From assembly GCA_019636655.1 (NCBI GenBank), contig JAHBXB010000002.1, positions 72,537 to 136,536 of the forward strand: a stretch of 64,000 bases of DNA, given 5' to 3'. This document shows, in pieces, positions 46,891-54,924 of this stretch. A program made the position numbers and the translations under genes. How positions within the stretch are numbered: position 1 is the first letter of the stretch; every line of letters begins with the position of its first letter. This stretch comes from Phycisphaeraceae bacterium. GTDB taxonomy: Bacteria; Planctomycetota; Phycisphaerae; Phycisphaerales; UBA1924. The notes under the pieces are model-generated. The model worked only from the letters and a program-made list of their open reading frames with translations, was not told the origin of the DNA and ran no database searches.

Positions 46891-46912
46891 TCGTTCAAGC
46901 GGAGCCGTACAT

Positions 46913-48331
46913 ATGCCTTCTACAGGGATCGACTCCATTAAGACGGATTCGTCTGTTTTCGGCGCGGCGGTAACGATCGGCTTCGTCCTCGCCGTGGCGA
47001 TGTGGTGCGCCGCGTTCGTGACTCACTTCCCAGGACTCGAACTGCCCTCTCGTGTCGCCGGGCCTTGCGTTCTCGCAGTCTGGCTCGTGGCGGCAGTGAT
47101 TGCCGGGGGATTGGTGCCTCGCGGTCGTGCGGGGCTGGTCGGCCTGTTGGGCGGGGCACTCTCGGCGCTTCTCTCGGTACTGATCCTGGGGGCGATCCTC
47201 GTGGAGCAACCCAAGGGCGATGTCCCCGCCCAGGGATTCCGGGGCCTCCCGGCCGATGCGGCGCTCTCCGTGGTTGGATTCATCGCCCTCGGCGCTGCGA
47301 TCGGCCTCATCGGCGGCCTGGTCGGCAGCCGCCTGCGCCCCAACCACACCCGGCCCGCTGACTGGCTCGCTCGATTCGGAGTGGTCGCAGCCGTCGCGAT
47401 CGTTCCGCTGCTGCTCCTTGGCGGCCTGGTCACCAGCACGAACTCCGGCATGGCGATCATCGGATGGCCCGATTCCTACGGCGCAAACATGTTTCTGTAC
47501 CCGGTCGCCCTGATGGCCGACCCCGGCCGGTTCCTCGAGCACACCCACCGGCTGTACGGCTCGCTCGTCGGCCTGACGACCGGCGCATTCCTGATCTACG
47601 TGCTCGCCGCGGATCACCGGCGATGGATGAGGAAGTATGCCGCTCTGCTCTTCGTGCTGGTCATTGTGCAGGGCGTCCTGGGCGGGGTGCGGGTGCGACA
47701 AGGGAGTGTCGATGCGAACCTCGACAACCGCTACCTCTCGCTGTTTCACGGGGTCCTGGCTCAGCTCTTCTTCGCGATGGTGGTCGCGGGCGCGGCGTTC
47801 GTGTCGCGCGGGTTTCGGAACCTGATGGACCCGGCCACCGGCGCAGCCCCATCTCCCGAGCCGCGTGCCCTGCGCCGCCTCCGTGGGATGTCAACCGGCC
47901 TTCTGCACTCCATGATCCTGCAGTTGCTGCTGGGCGCGACCTACCGACACCTCAAGGCCTCGGGCACCACCGGCGCCAACCACGCGTTGTGGGCCCACAT
48001 CGGATTCTCGTTCATCGTGCTGGCCGCGGCGCTGGCCACCGGGTTCGCGGCCCGCAGCGCCGATCGATCGTTCGGCCCCCTCCAGGCAACCTACCGCCGC
48101 CTGGGGGTGCTGCTCGTCGGGGTGGTGGTGGCGCAGTTCTGCCTGGGGTGGGCGGCGCTCTGGGCGCTGAACGCGGACGTCTCTCCCCGCGCCAGCTGGG
48201 TCCCCCCACTGCTGGCGACGCTGCACCAGGGAAACGGAGCCGTGTTGCTGGCCCTGGCAACTCTCGTGTTCACTTGGACGCGCGCCCTTTGCAAACGCGC
48301 CGGCCCCCCCGTTCAGCCCGTCGCGAGGTAG
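46913..48331 (+). CDS. ctaA: Heme A synthase (COX15/CtaA family) with an extra ~140-aa, 4-TM N-terminal extension
   Basis: GGAG lies 8 nt upstream of the ATG. COX15-like region from about residue 145 (TSTNSGMAIIGWPDSYG..., HRLYGSLVGL, two His-bearing 4-helix halves). Confidence 0.85.
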   Translation: MPSTGIDSIKTDSSVFGAAVTIGFVLAVAMWCAAFVTHFPGLELPSRVAGPCVLAVWLVAAVIAGGLVPRGRAGLVGLLGGALSALLSVLILGAILVEQPKGDVPAQGFRGLPADAALSVVGFIALGAAIGLIGGLVGSRLRPNHTRPADWLARFGVVAAVAIVPLLLLGGLVTSTNSGMAIIGWPDSYGANMFLYPVALMADPGRFLEHTHRLYGSLVGLTTGAFLIYVLAADHRRWMRKYAALLFVLVIVQGVLGGVRVRQGSVDANLDNRYLSLFHGVLAQLFFAMVVAGAAFVSRGFRNLMDPATGAAPSPEPRALRRLRGMSTGLLHSMILQLLLGATYRHLKASGTTGANHALWAHIGFSFIVLAAALATGFAARSADRSFGPLQATYRRLGVLLVGVVVAQFCLGWAALWALNADVSPRASWVPPLLATLHQGNGAVLLALATLVFTWTRALCKRAGPPVQPVAR

Positions 48332-48333
48332 AT

Positions 48334-48366
48334 ACAAAACGGACCACCCCGCTGGGGTGGCCCGTT
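48334..48366 (-). terminator. Hairpin terminator, probably for 48417-48641 (possibly bidirectional with ctaA)
   Basis: ACGGACCACCCC-GCT-GGGGTGGCCCGT (one mismatch). On the minus strand it is followed by TTTTGTAT. Confidence 0.55.
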
Positions 48367-48416
48367 CGCTGGAGTCGACGCGCCCGCAGTGGGCCGCGGG
48401 CGCGATTGATCCTCGC

Positions 48417-48641
48417 TCAGCCGAGCTTGCCGTCGTAGGGCGGGTTGCCGCAGTACCCACCGCTCTTTTCGGTGGCAAAGGGCGTCGACGAACTGGGGTC
48501 ATACCCCTTGATCGTCTCGATGGGCGACGTCGGGACTCCTCCGCCCGCACCCTTGATACTGCGAGCCGCCGCCCCGAGGGGCTTGCCCTTGATGGCCGGC
48601 CTGGACTTCGTGGCTTTGGATGCGGTCTTCTTCGTTGCCAT
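48417..48641 (-). CDS. Hypothetical small Lys/Gly-rich protein (74 aa)
   Basis: GGAGG lies 9 nt upstream of the ATG at 48641, and its own terminator lies downstream. MATKKTASKATKSRPAIKGK...GGYCGNPPYDGKLG. Confidence 0.5.
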   Translation of the reverse strand: MATKKTASKATKSRPAIKGKPLGAAARSIKGAGGGVPTSPIETIKGYDPSSSTPFATEKSGGYCGNPPYDGKLG

Positions 48642-48892
48642 GGTGTTGCCTCCGGGTTGAGTGCTGTTGAAACTCCGCGGCCGGGCCTGCGGAAGCGGCC
48701 CCACCGAGCGCAGCGCATCCCGTCGACCGCGCGCCACCCAGAGTTGTGCAGGTTCCCCCAAAGTCCCATCCGGCGGGCGAAATCCGCGGGGCCTAGGGCG
48801 CTCGCAGGTCGATAGGTATGCGAGCAGAGACCTATTCCCGGGGCCGCCGCGGGTGGGTCCCTGCGGGGAATTGCCGGTTAGGTCTTGTTTGC

Positions 48893-50497
48893 ATGCTGCA
48901 ATCGCGGCACGCTGGGGACGTTCGGCGTATCGGTTGGGGAAAGAGTCCGCCGGCCCGCCGGTCGGACCATGGAGCACTGGTTGTGTCACAGCCGCTTTCC
49001 GACTCGCTCAGGCCCCTCCCCGCCAACCGGTTCGGATTCGACGAGGCACGCCACCTGCTGTGGCGGGCCGGGTTCGGCGGCACGCCGGCGCAGATCCAGT
49101 TGCTCGCGTCGTGGGGGCCCGACAAGTCCGTCGACTACCTCCTGAACTACGAGACCATCGCCTTCGAACCCGACGCGGCCGATGCGTTCGATTCGTCCAT
49201 CATGCGCCCGCCCAACGAGGAGGAGCGCGCGATGGTGGCCAAGGCCCGGCGCGGGAACGATGAGGAGACGCTCGCCCGCATCCGGGCCCGGCGTCAGGAG
49301 CGGGAGCGTGACGACCGCCAGCAGATGCGCCGCGTCCAGAACTGGTGGTTCAAGCGCATGATCGAGACGCCGCGCCCGCTCGAGGAGAAACTCACGCTCT
49401 TCTGGCACGGCCACTTCTCCACGTCGTTCAGGACGATCGAGAACTCGTACCACATGTACCAGCAGAACCGCCTGCTGCGCCGCTACGCCTCGGGGAACTT
49501 CGGGGAACTTCTCAGACAGATCATCCGCGACCCGGCGATGCTGGCCTACCTCGACCAGGACGACTCCCGCAAGAACAAGCCCAACGAGAACCTCGCACGC
49601 GAGATCATGGAGCTGTTCTCCCTTGGCGTGGGGAACTACACCGAGAAGGACATCAAGGAGGGGGCCCGGGCGCTCACCGGGTACACCTTCGTCGACGACT
49701 CGTTCGTCTTCCGCAAGAACGACCACGACGACGGCGTCAAGAGTGTGCTCGGACGAACCGGCCGGCTCGACGGCGACGCCTTTGTCGGCGCGATCCTCGA
49801 GCAGCGGGCCTGCGCCGGCCACATCTCGCAGAAGCTGTACCGGTACTTCGCCGCGGACTACCCGACCGGCCGGACCGAGGTGGACTCGGCCGCGAAGTCC
49901 GTCGTGCGGGAGATGGCGTCGGTGATGACCGGGAGCAAGTACGCGATCAAGCCCGTGCTGCGGAAGCTGTTCCTGAGCGAGCACTTCTACTCGGCGCCGC
50001 TGATGAACGAGCAGATCAAGTCGCCGGTGGAACTCGTGGTCGGCGCGGTCAGGTCCCTCAACACGCCGGTCCGCGACATGGACATCCTCAACGACGCGTG
50101 CAACCTGATGGGCCAGTCGATCTTCTTCCCGCCCAACGTCGCGGGGTGGAGCGGCGGGCGGTCGTGGGTCAACACGTCCACCATGTTCGTCCGGCAGAAC
50201 ATCCTCTGCTTCCTGCTCACCGGCAAGAAGCCGCAGGGGTACGACGCGCTCGCCAACGCGGAGAAGTACGACCCCTCGGTGCTGCTCGCCGACCTGGCCA
50301 GCGCGGACGCCGGCGCCGCGGCCGACCCGGCCCGGGTGGTCGACTACCTGCTGCGCTTCACGCTCGGATCGCCGACAGCGCGCAGCCGCGAGGTGCTCGG
50401 CGAGTTCGTCCGCGCCAACGGCGGGCGGGCGACGCCGGAGGTCATCACCGGCCTGCTCCTGCTGGTGACCGCGATGCCCGAATACCAGTTGTGCTGA
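48893..50497 (+). CDS. DUF1800 domain-containing protein
   Basis: LLWRAGFGGTP, LTLFWHGHFSTS, FFPPNVAGW. The start is uncertain (48818, 48893 or a later GTG). Confidence 0.8.
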   Translation: MLQSRHAGDVRRIGWGKSPPARRSDHGALVVSQPLSDSLRPLPANRFGFDEARHLLWRAGFGGTPAQIQLLASWGPDKSVDYLLNYETIAFEPDAADAFDSSIMRPPNEEERAMVAKARRGNDEETLARIRARRQERERDDRQQMRRVQNWWFKRMIETPRPLEEKLTLFWHGHFSTSFRTIENSYHMYQQNRLLRRYASGNFGELLRQIIRDPAMLAYLDQDDSRKNKPNENLAREIMELFSLGVGNYTEKDIKEGARALTGYTFVDDSFVFRKNDHDDGVKSVLGRTGRLDGDAFVGAILEQRACAGHISQKLYRYFAADYPTGRTEVDSAAKSVVREMASVMTGSKYAIKPVLRKLFLSEHFYSAPLMNEQIKSPVELVVGAVRSLNTPVRDMDILNDACNLMGQSIFFPPNVAGWSGGRSWVNTSTMFVRQNILCFLLTGKKPQGYDALANAEKYDPSVLLADLASADAGAAADPARVVDYLLRFTLGSPTARSREVLGEFVRANGGRATPEVITGLLLLVTAMPEYQLC

Positions 50498-50549
50498 TCC
50501 CCCGCTCCCGCTCCGCCCCGCCACAGGCTCGACTCTCAGGATCACGACC

Positions 50550-51881
50550 ATGAACTTCCTCGATCCCAACACCCCCGCCTACACCCGCCGTCAGTTCCTG
50601 GTGCGTGGGGTCACGTTGGCGTCCACGGCGGCGTTCGTCCCCGCGTTCCTCCAGCGATCCGCCTTCGGTCTGCCCCACGCGGCCCCCGGGGCGACCTCGA
50701 TCCCCGGCGTGCCGGAGGAGCGGATCCTCGTCGTCGTCCAGCTCTCGGGAGGGAACGACGGGCTGAACACGGTGATCCCCTACGGCAACCCGGTGTACTA
50801 CAAGGCCCGCACCTCGATCGGCGTGCCCGAGAACAAGGTGCTCAAACTCGGCAAGTCCTCGGGCGTCGGCTTGCACCCGCAGATGCGGGGCCTGCAGGCA
50901 ATGCACGACGACGGGATGCTCGCCATCGTGCAGGGCGCCGGGTACCCCAACCCCAACCGCTCACACTTCAAGTCGATGGACATCTGGCACACCGCCGACA
51001 CCTCGGGCACCGGCGCCGGCTGGATCGGTCGCTACATGGATGCCGAGTGCTGCGGGCACGGCAAGGGCGAGTCCGGCACGCCCGACAAACCCTCCGAGCC
51101 CGATCCCCAGGCAGGCATCGCCATCGGGCGAGATGCACCACTGGCGATGCAGGGCCTCATCGCCAAGCCGGTGGCGTTCGAGAACACCGACCTGTTCCGC
51201 TGGATGGGCCGGGATGTCCACAAGTCGCTGACCAAGCCCTACGACGAGATCACCCGCGCAGGCATCGCCGAGGACGTGAACCCGAACACCAACGCCGGGT
51301 TCCTCATGCGGACCGCTCTCGACGCCCAGGTCTCGAGCGAGCAGATCCGCAAGGCCGTTGCCACCAAGTCCCTCGTCCCGTATCCCGGGACCGACCTGGG
51401 CCGCCAGCTCGCGATGGTCGGCAGCATGATCCGCGCCGGGCTCCGAACGAGGGTGTACTACGTCTCGATGGGCGGGTTCGACACGCACGCCCAGCAGGGC
51501 GGCGAGAACGGTCGCCACGCGAATCTGCTCGGGCAAGTTGCCGGAGCGATCAAGGCGTTCTACGACGACCTCAAGGCCCAGGGCAATGCCGAGCGGGTCC
51601 TCACGATGTCGTTCTCCGAGTTCGGCCGGCGCGTCTACCAGAACGCCAGCCAGGGGACCGACCACGGCACCGCCTCGTCGATCTTCCTCGCCGGTCCGAT
51701 GGTCCGGGCCGGGCTCGTGGGCACCTATCCCTCGTTGACCGACCTGGACGACGGCGACCTGAAGTTCACGATCGACTTCCGGTGCGTCTACGCCAGCATC
51801 CTGGAGCAGTGGCTCAAGGCCGATGCCAAGCAGGTCCTGGACGGGACCTATCGCCCTGTGAATGTGCTCCGCACCACGTGA
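50550..51881 (+). CDS. DUF1501 domain-containing protein (Tat-exported, sulfatase-fold-like)
   Basis: Tat signal TRRQFLVRGVTLASTAAF. LSGGNDGLNTVIP, GGFDTHA, SEFGRR...GTDHG. Confidence 0.88.
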   Translation: MNFLDPNTPAYTRRQFLVRGVTLASTAAFVPAFLQRSAFGLPHAAPGATSIPGVPEERILVVVQLSGGNDGLNTVIPYGNPVYYKARTSIGVPENKVLKLGKSSGVGLHPQMRGLQAMHDDGMLAIVQGAGYPNPNRSHFKSMDIWHTADTSGTGAGWIGRYMDAECCGHGKGESGTPDKPSEPDPQAGIAIGRDAPLAMQGLIAKPVAFENTDLFRWMGRDVHKSLTKPYDEITRAGIAEDVNPNTNAGFLMRTALDAQVSSEQIRKAVATKSLVPYPGTDLGRQLAMVGSMIRAGLRTRVYYVSMGGFDTHAQQGGENGRHANLLGQVAGAIKAFYDDLKAQGNAERVLTMSFSEFGRRVYQNASQGTDHGTASSIFLAGPMVRAGLVGTYPSLTDLDDGDLKFTIDFRCVYASILEQWLKADAKQVLDGTYRPVNVLRTT

Positions 51882-51936
51882 CGGATCCGGCTTGTCCGGC
51901 CGGACTTTGTGTGGTATATGGTTAGGGGATCTTCCT

Positions 51937-53196
51937 ATGCCCCTCACCACACTCTTCCTTGACCTGAACTCCTATTTCGCCTCGGTGGAGCAGCAACTCC
52001 GGCCGGAACTCCGCGGCAAGCCCGTCGGCGTTGCCGCGGTCGATACGGATTCGACAAGCCTTATCGCCGCGAGCTACGAAGCCAAGGCGTTCGGCGTCAA
52101 GACGCTGATGAACGTCGGCGAGGCCCGGAGGCGATGCCCCGGGCTCGTCGTCGCGCTGTCACGGCACCGCGCGTACATCGAGTTCCACCACACGATCCTC
52201 GCCGCGATCGACACGTGCATCCCGATCCAGGCCGTCCACTCGATCGACGAGGTCTCCTGCCGCCTGATCGGAAAAGAGCGAGATCCGGGGCACGCGGCGG
52301 AACTGGCCCTGCGGATCAAGCGAGTGATCAAAGAGCGGGCCGGCGAGTGCCTGCGGTGCTCGATCGGGATCGCGCCCAACCGTCTGCTCGCCAAGATCGG
52401 CACCGAACTCCAGAAGCCCGATGGGCTCGTCGTCATCGAGCAGCGCGACCTGCCCGGTGCGCTGCACCGGCTCCGGCTCATCGAGATCCCGGGGATCGGC
52501 CCGAAGATGGAGAAGCGCCTCCGCGATCGCGGCATCACGACCGTCGAGCAGCTCTGCGCCCTGAGCGAGCACCAGATGGAGCGGGTCTGGGGCTCGGTCG
52601 TCGGCCGCCGATGGTGGCGCCTGCTCCGGGGCGAGACCATCGACGAGATCCCGACCCATCGGCGCAGCATCGGGCACCAGCACGTGCTGCCCCCCGTGTT
52701 CCGCACCGAAGAGGGCGCCCGGTCCGTCGCAATCCGCCTGGCGCACAAGGCCGCCTCGCGGATGCGGTCGCTGGGCTACCGGGCGAAGAGAGTCTCCCTG
52801 TCGGTCCGGTGCCGCGATGGGGGCGCCAGGCCGGACGAGGGCGGGTGGAGCAACCAGAGGCACGCGTGGACCTCGGCCACCCCGCTCAGCGGCGGACGAG
52901 GCTCAGCGGACACGCTCGCCATCGTCGAGGCGCTGGCGAAACTGTGGACGACGCGCCCACGCGGCTCGCCGTACTTCGTCGCCGTCACACTCGACGATCT
53001 CGAAGCGGATGTCGGCGGCACGCTCCCGTTGTTCGAGCAGGAATCCCGGCGCGAAGGGCTCTCGCGGGCGATCGACTCGCTCAACAGCAAGTACGGCCGG
53101 CACACCGTGTATCCCGCCGCAATGCACGAGGCCAGAGACACCGGACGCGGCGGGATCGCGTTCTCGAACGTCCCCGACCTCAACCTGCCCGACTGA
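51937..53196 (+). CDS. dinB: Y-family DNA polymerase (DinB/Pol IV-like)
   Basis: LFLDLNSYFASVEQ, HSIDEVS, GIAPNRLLAKI, IPGIGPKMEKRL. Start trimmed to the ATG at 51937. Confidence 0.85.
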   Translation: MPLTTLFLDLNSYFASVEQQLRPELRGKPVGVAAVDTDSTSLIAASYEAKAFGVKTLMNVGEARRRCPGLVVALSRHRAYIEFHHTILAAIDTCIPIQAVHSIDEVSCRLIGKERDPGHAAELALRIKRVIKERAGECLRCSIGIAPNRLLAKIGTELQKPDGLVVIEQRDLPGALHRLRLIEIPGIGPKMEKRLRDRGITTVEQLCALSEHQMERVWGSVVGRRWWRLLRGETIDEIPTHRRSIGHQHVLPPVFRTEEGARSVAIRLAHKAASRMRSLGYRAKRVSLSVRCRDGGARPDEGGWSNQRHAWTSATPLSGGRGSADTLAIVEALAKLWTTRPRGSPYFVAVTLDDLEADVGGTLPLFEQESRREGLSRAIDSLNSKYGRHTVYPAAMHEARDTGRGGIAFSNVPDLNLPD

Positions 53197-53629
53197 CCCC
53201 CTCCCCACTCTCCCGTGTCGAGTCGTCCGGCGGCGCGGCACAGCCGCCTCCCTCCGCGTGGACCAGTCCGCACAGCGAGCACCGGGCGGACTCGATCTCC
53301 CGGCGGATGATCCGCTTGATCCATGCGTCCCGCGCGAGCAGGCCGCACGCCGGCCCGGCCAGCAGCGCCGCCGCGAGGGTCATCATGGCGAGCATCGGGC
53401 CCGTGTCCTGGCGATCTCCGATGAAGCGGGAGAGGACGCTCCACGCACCGGCAAGGAGGGCCCAGCCCGCCACCATCGCGAAGAGGGCGAGCAGCGTCGC
53501 GCCGACCATCGACCACGGCCGTCGCCGCTGCGCCCGGGCCACGAACCGGCGTGCCTCCGGTTCGGTCAGCGCCCGCAACTCGGGGAACGCCAGCCAGGGT
53601 TTGTCGAGCGGGGTTCGCACAGTCGTCAT
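53180..53629 (-). CDS. Hypothetical 2-TM membrane protein (149 aa)
   Basis: Trimmed to MTTVRTPLDKPW.... Two hydrophobic helices. ATGA overlap with the upstream small ORF. The 3' end overlaps the dinB 3' end by 17 nt (convergent). Confidence 0.45.
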   Translation of the reverse strand: MTTVRTPLDKPWLAFPELRALTEPEARRFVARAQRRRPWSMVGATLLALFAMVAGWALLAGAWSVLSRFIGDRQDTGPMLAMMTLAAALLAGPACGLLARDAWIKRIIRREIESARCSLCGLVHAEGGGCAAPPDDSTRESGEGVSRAG

Positions 53630-53790
53630 CGCCCCGCCTGCTCCGCGGGTTCGGGCCGGTGGATCCGGTTGGGCTCCGGCTTGCCGCGTGACCGGTCGGT
53701 CATCAGGTACAACACCCCGACGACCACGAGCGGCGCGAGAAGCCACAGGATCAGGCCGACTCGACCCAGACGTCGTGGTTGCGGGTCCAT
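53626..53790 (-). CDS. Hypothetical single-TM miniprotein (54 aa)
   Basis: MDPQPRRLGRVGLILWLLAPLVVVGVLYLMTD.... Its stop overlaps the next start (ATGA). Confidence 0.35.
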   Translation of the reverse strand: MDPQPRRLGRVGLILWLLAPLVVVGVLYLMTDRSRGKPEPNRIHRPEPAEQAGR

Positions 53791-53885
53791 GCGGATCAAG
53801 ATGAGTGTCGACGATGGTGCGCTCTCGCCGCGACAAAAAGGAACGCCGTGGGATGAGCGGAATCGTCGACGAGGGACTCGCCGCT

Positions 53886-54518
53886 CTATTTGGCCGCCGC
53901 GAAGTTCTTCGCCACCTGACCCCAGTTCACGACGCCCCACCATGCGGTGACATAATCGGGACGCCGGTTCTGGTACTTGAGGTAGTACGCGTGCTCCCAG
54001 ACGTCCAGGCCGAGGATCGGCGTGCCGCCGCACCCGGCGATCGACTCGCCCATGAGGGGGTTGTCCTGGTTCGCGGTCGAGCAGATCGCCACGCCGCCAT
54101 TCTTGGCGCACAGCCACGCCCAGCCCGAGCCGAAGCGTCCGGCCGCGGCCTTGGCAAACTCGTCCTTGAATGCGCTGAAGCCCCCGAACTTCTTCGTGAT
54201 CGCGTCCGCGAGCGGGCCGTTCGGCTCGCCGCCCCCGCCCTTGCCCGCCGGGGCCATGATGGTCCAGAACAGGGAGTGGTTGAAGTGCCCACCTGCGTTG
54301 TTGCGGACGGGGCCGCGGATGGCCTCGGGCAGGTCGGCGATCTGGGTGACCACGGCCTCAACGGGAGCGTCCGCCCACTTGCTGCCCTCCAGGGCCTTGT
54401 TGGCGTTGGTCACGTAGGCCTGATGGTGCTTGCCGTGGTGGATCTGCATCGTCTGTGCATCAATCGCCGGCTCAAGTGCGGCATGGTCGTACGGCAGGGG
54501 AGGGAGCGTAAAGGGCAT
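53886..54518 (-). CDS. sodA: Superoxide dismutase, Fe/Mn family (Mn-type signature)
   Basis: [36 protein letters not shown] (Mn-type), [17 protein letters not shown] before the ATG at 54518. Confidence 0.95.
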   Translation of the reverse strand: MPFTLPPLPYDHAALEPAIDAQTMQIHHGKHHQAYVTNANKALEGSKWADAPVEAVVTQIADLPEAIRGPVRNNAGGHFNHSLFWTIMAPAGKGGGGEPNGPLADAITKKFGGFSAFKDEFAKAAAGRFGSGWAWLCAKNGGVAICSTANQDNPLMGESIAGCGGTPILGLDVWEHAYYLKYQNRRPDYVTAWWGVVNWGQVAKNFAAAK

Positions 54519-54810
54519 AAAAAATCTCCTTTTGCATGAACCCGCGGGTGTTTTCGGACGTGGAAGGTCGGTGGATATTTGGGGAATAGAAGGGATGTTT
54601 TGGCAGTTTGCGAAAGAGGTGGCGGCGCATCTTGCCGGAGTGGATTCAATCATGTATCTTCGCGTTCTCGCCCGAGGGTCGCTGGTTTGAGCACGCCCTG
54701 AACTCTATGGGGCCTAGACGAGCCAGAAAGAGGCGCAGAACTCGAGACGTGCTGGAGGGATCCACGCCCGGACGAACGGCCCGGTGGGTGTAGGTCTTCC
54801 AGGGATCAAC

Positions 54811-54846
54811 CTGTTTGGAATGGTTCCAAACAGAGGAACAGTTTGG
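54811..54846 (+). promoter_or_regulatory. Three-arm repeat (two mutually exclusive hairpins) upstream of the sigma factor gene
   Basis: Arm A is CTGTTTGGAA (54811-20), arm B is TTCCAAACAG (54824-33), arm C is AACAGTTTGG (54837-46). A:B pairs 10/10. B:C pairs 7/8. Confidence 0.3.
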
Positions 54847-54924
54847 CTGGATAGGCGTATAAACGACGTTCCGGCAAGAGCAGAAGCAGGTATACCCAAC
54901 GAACGCCGCCCTTGGACCCCTTTG

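Noticed and set aside
54537-54552. The palindrome ACCCGCGGGT just upstream of the sodA SD
   Set aside because: Short GC-only palindromes are frequent by chance in this GC-rich DNA, and there is no second copy or partner site.
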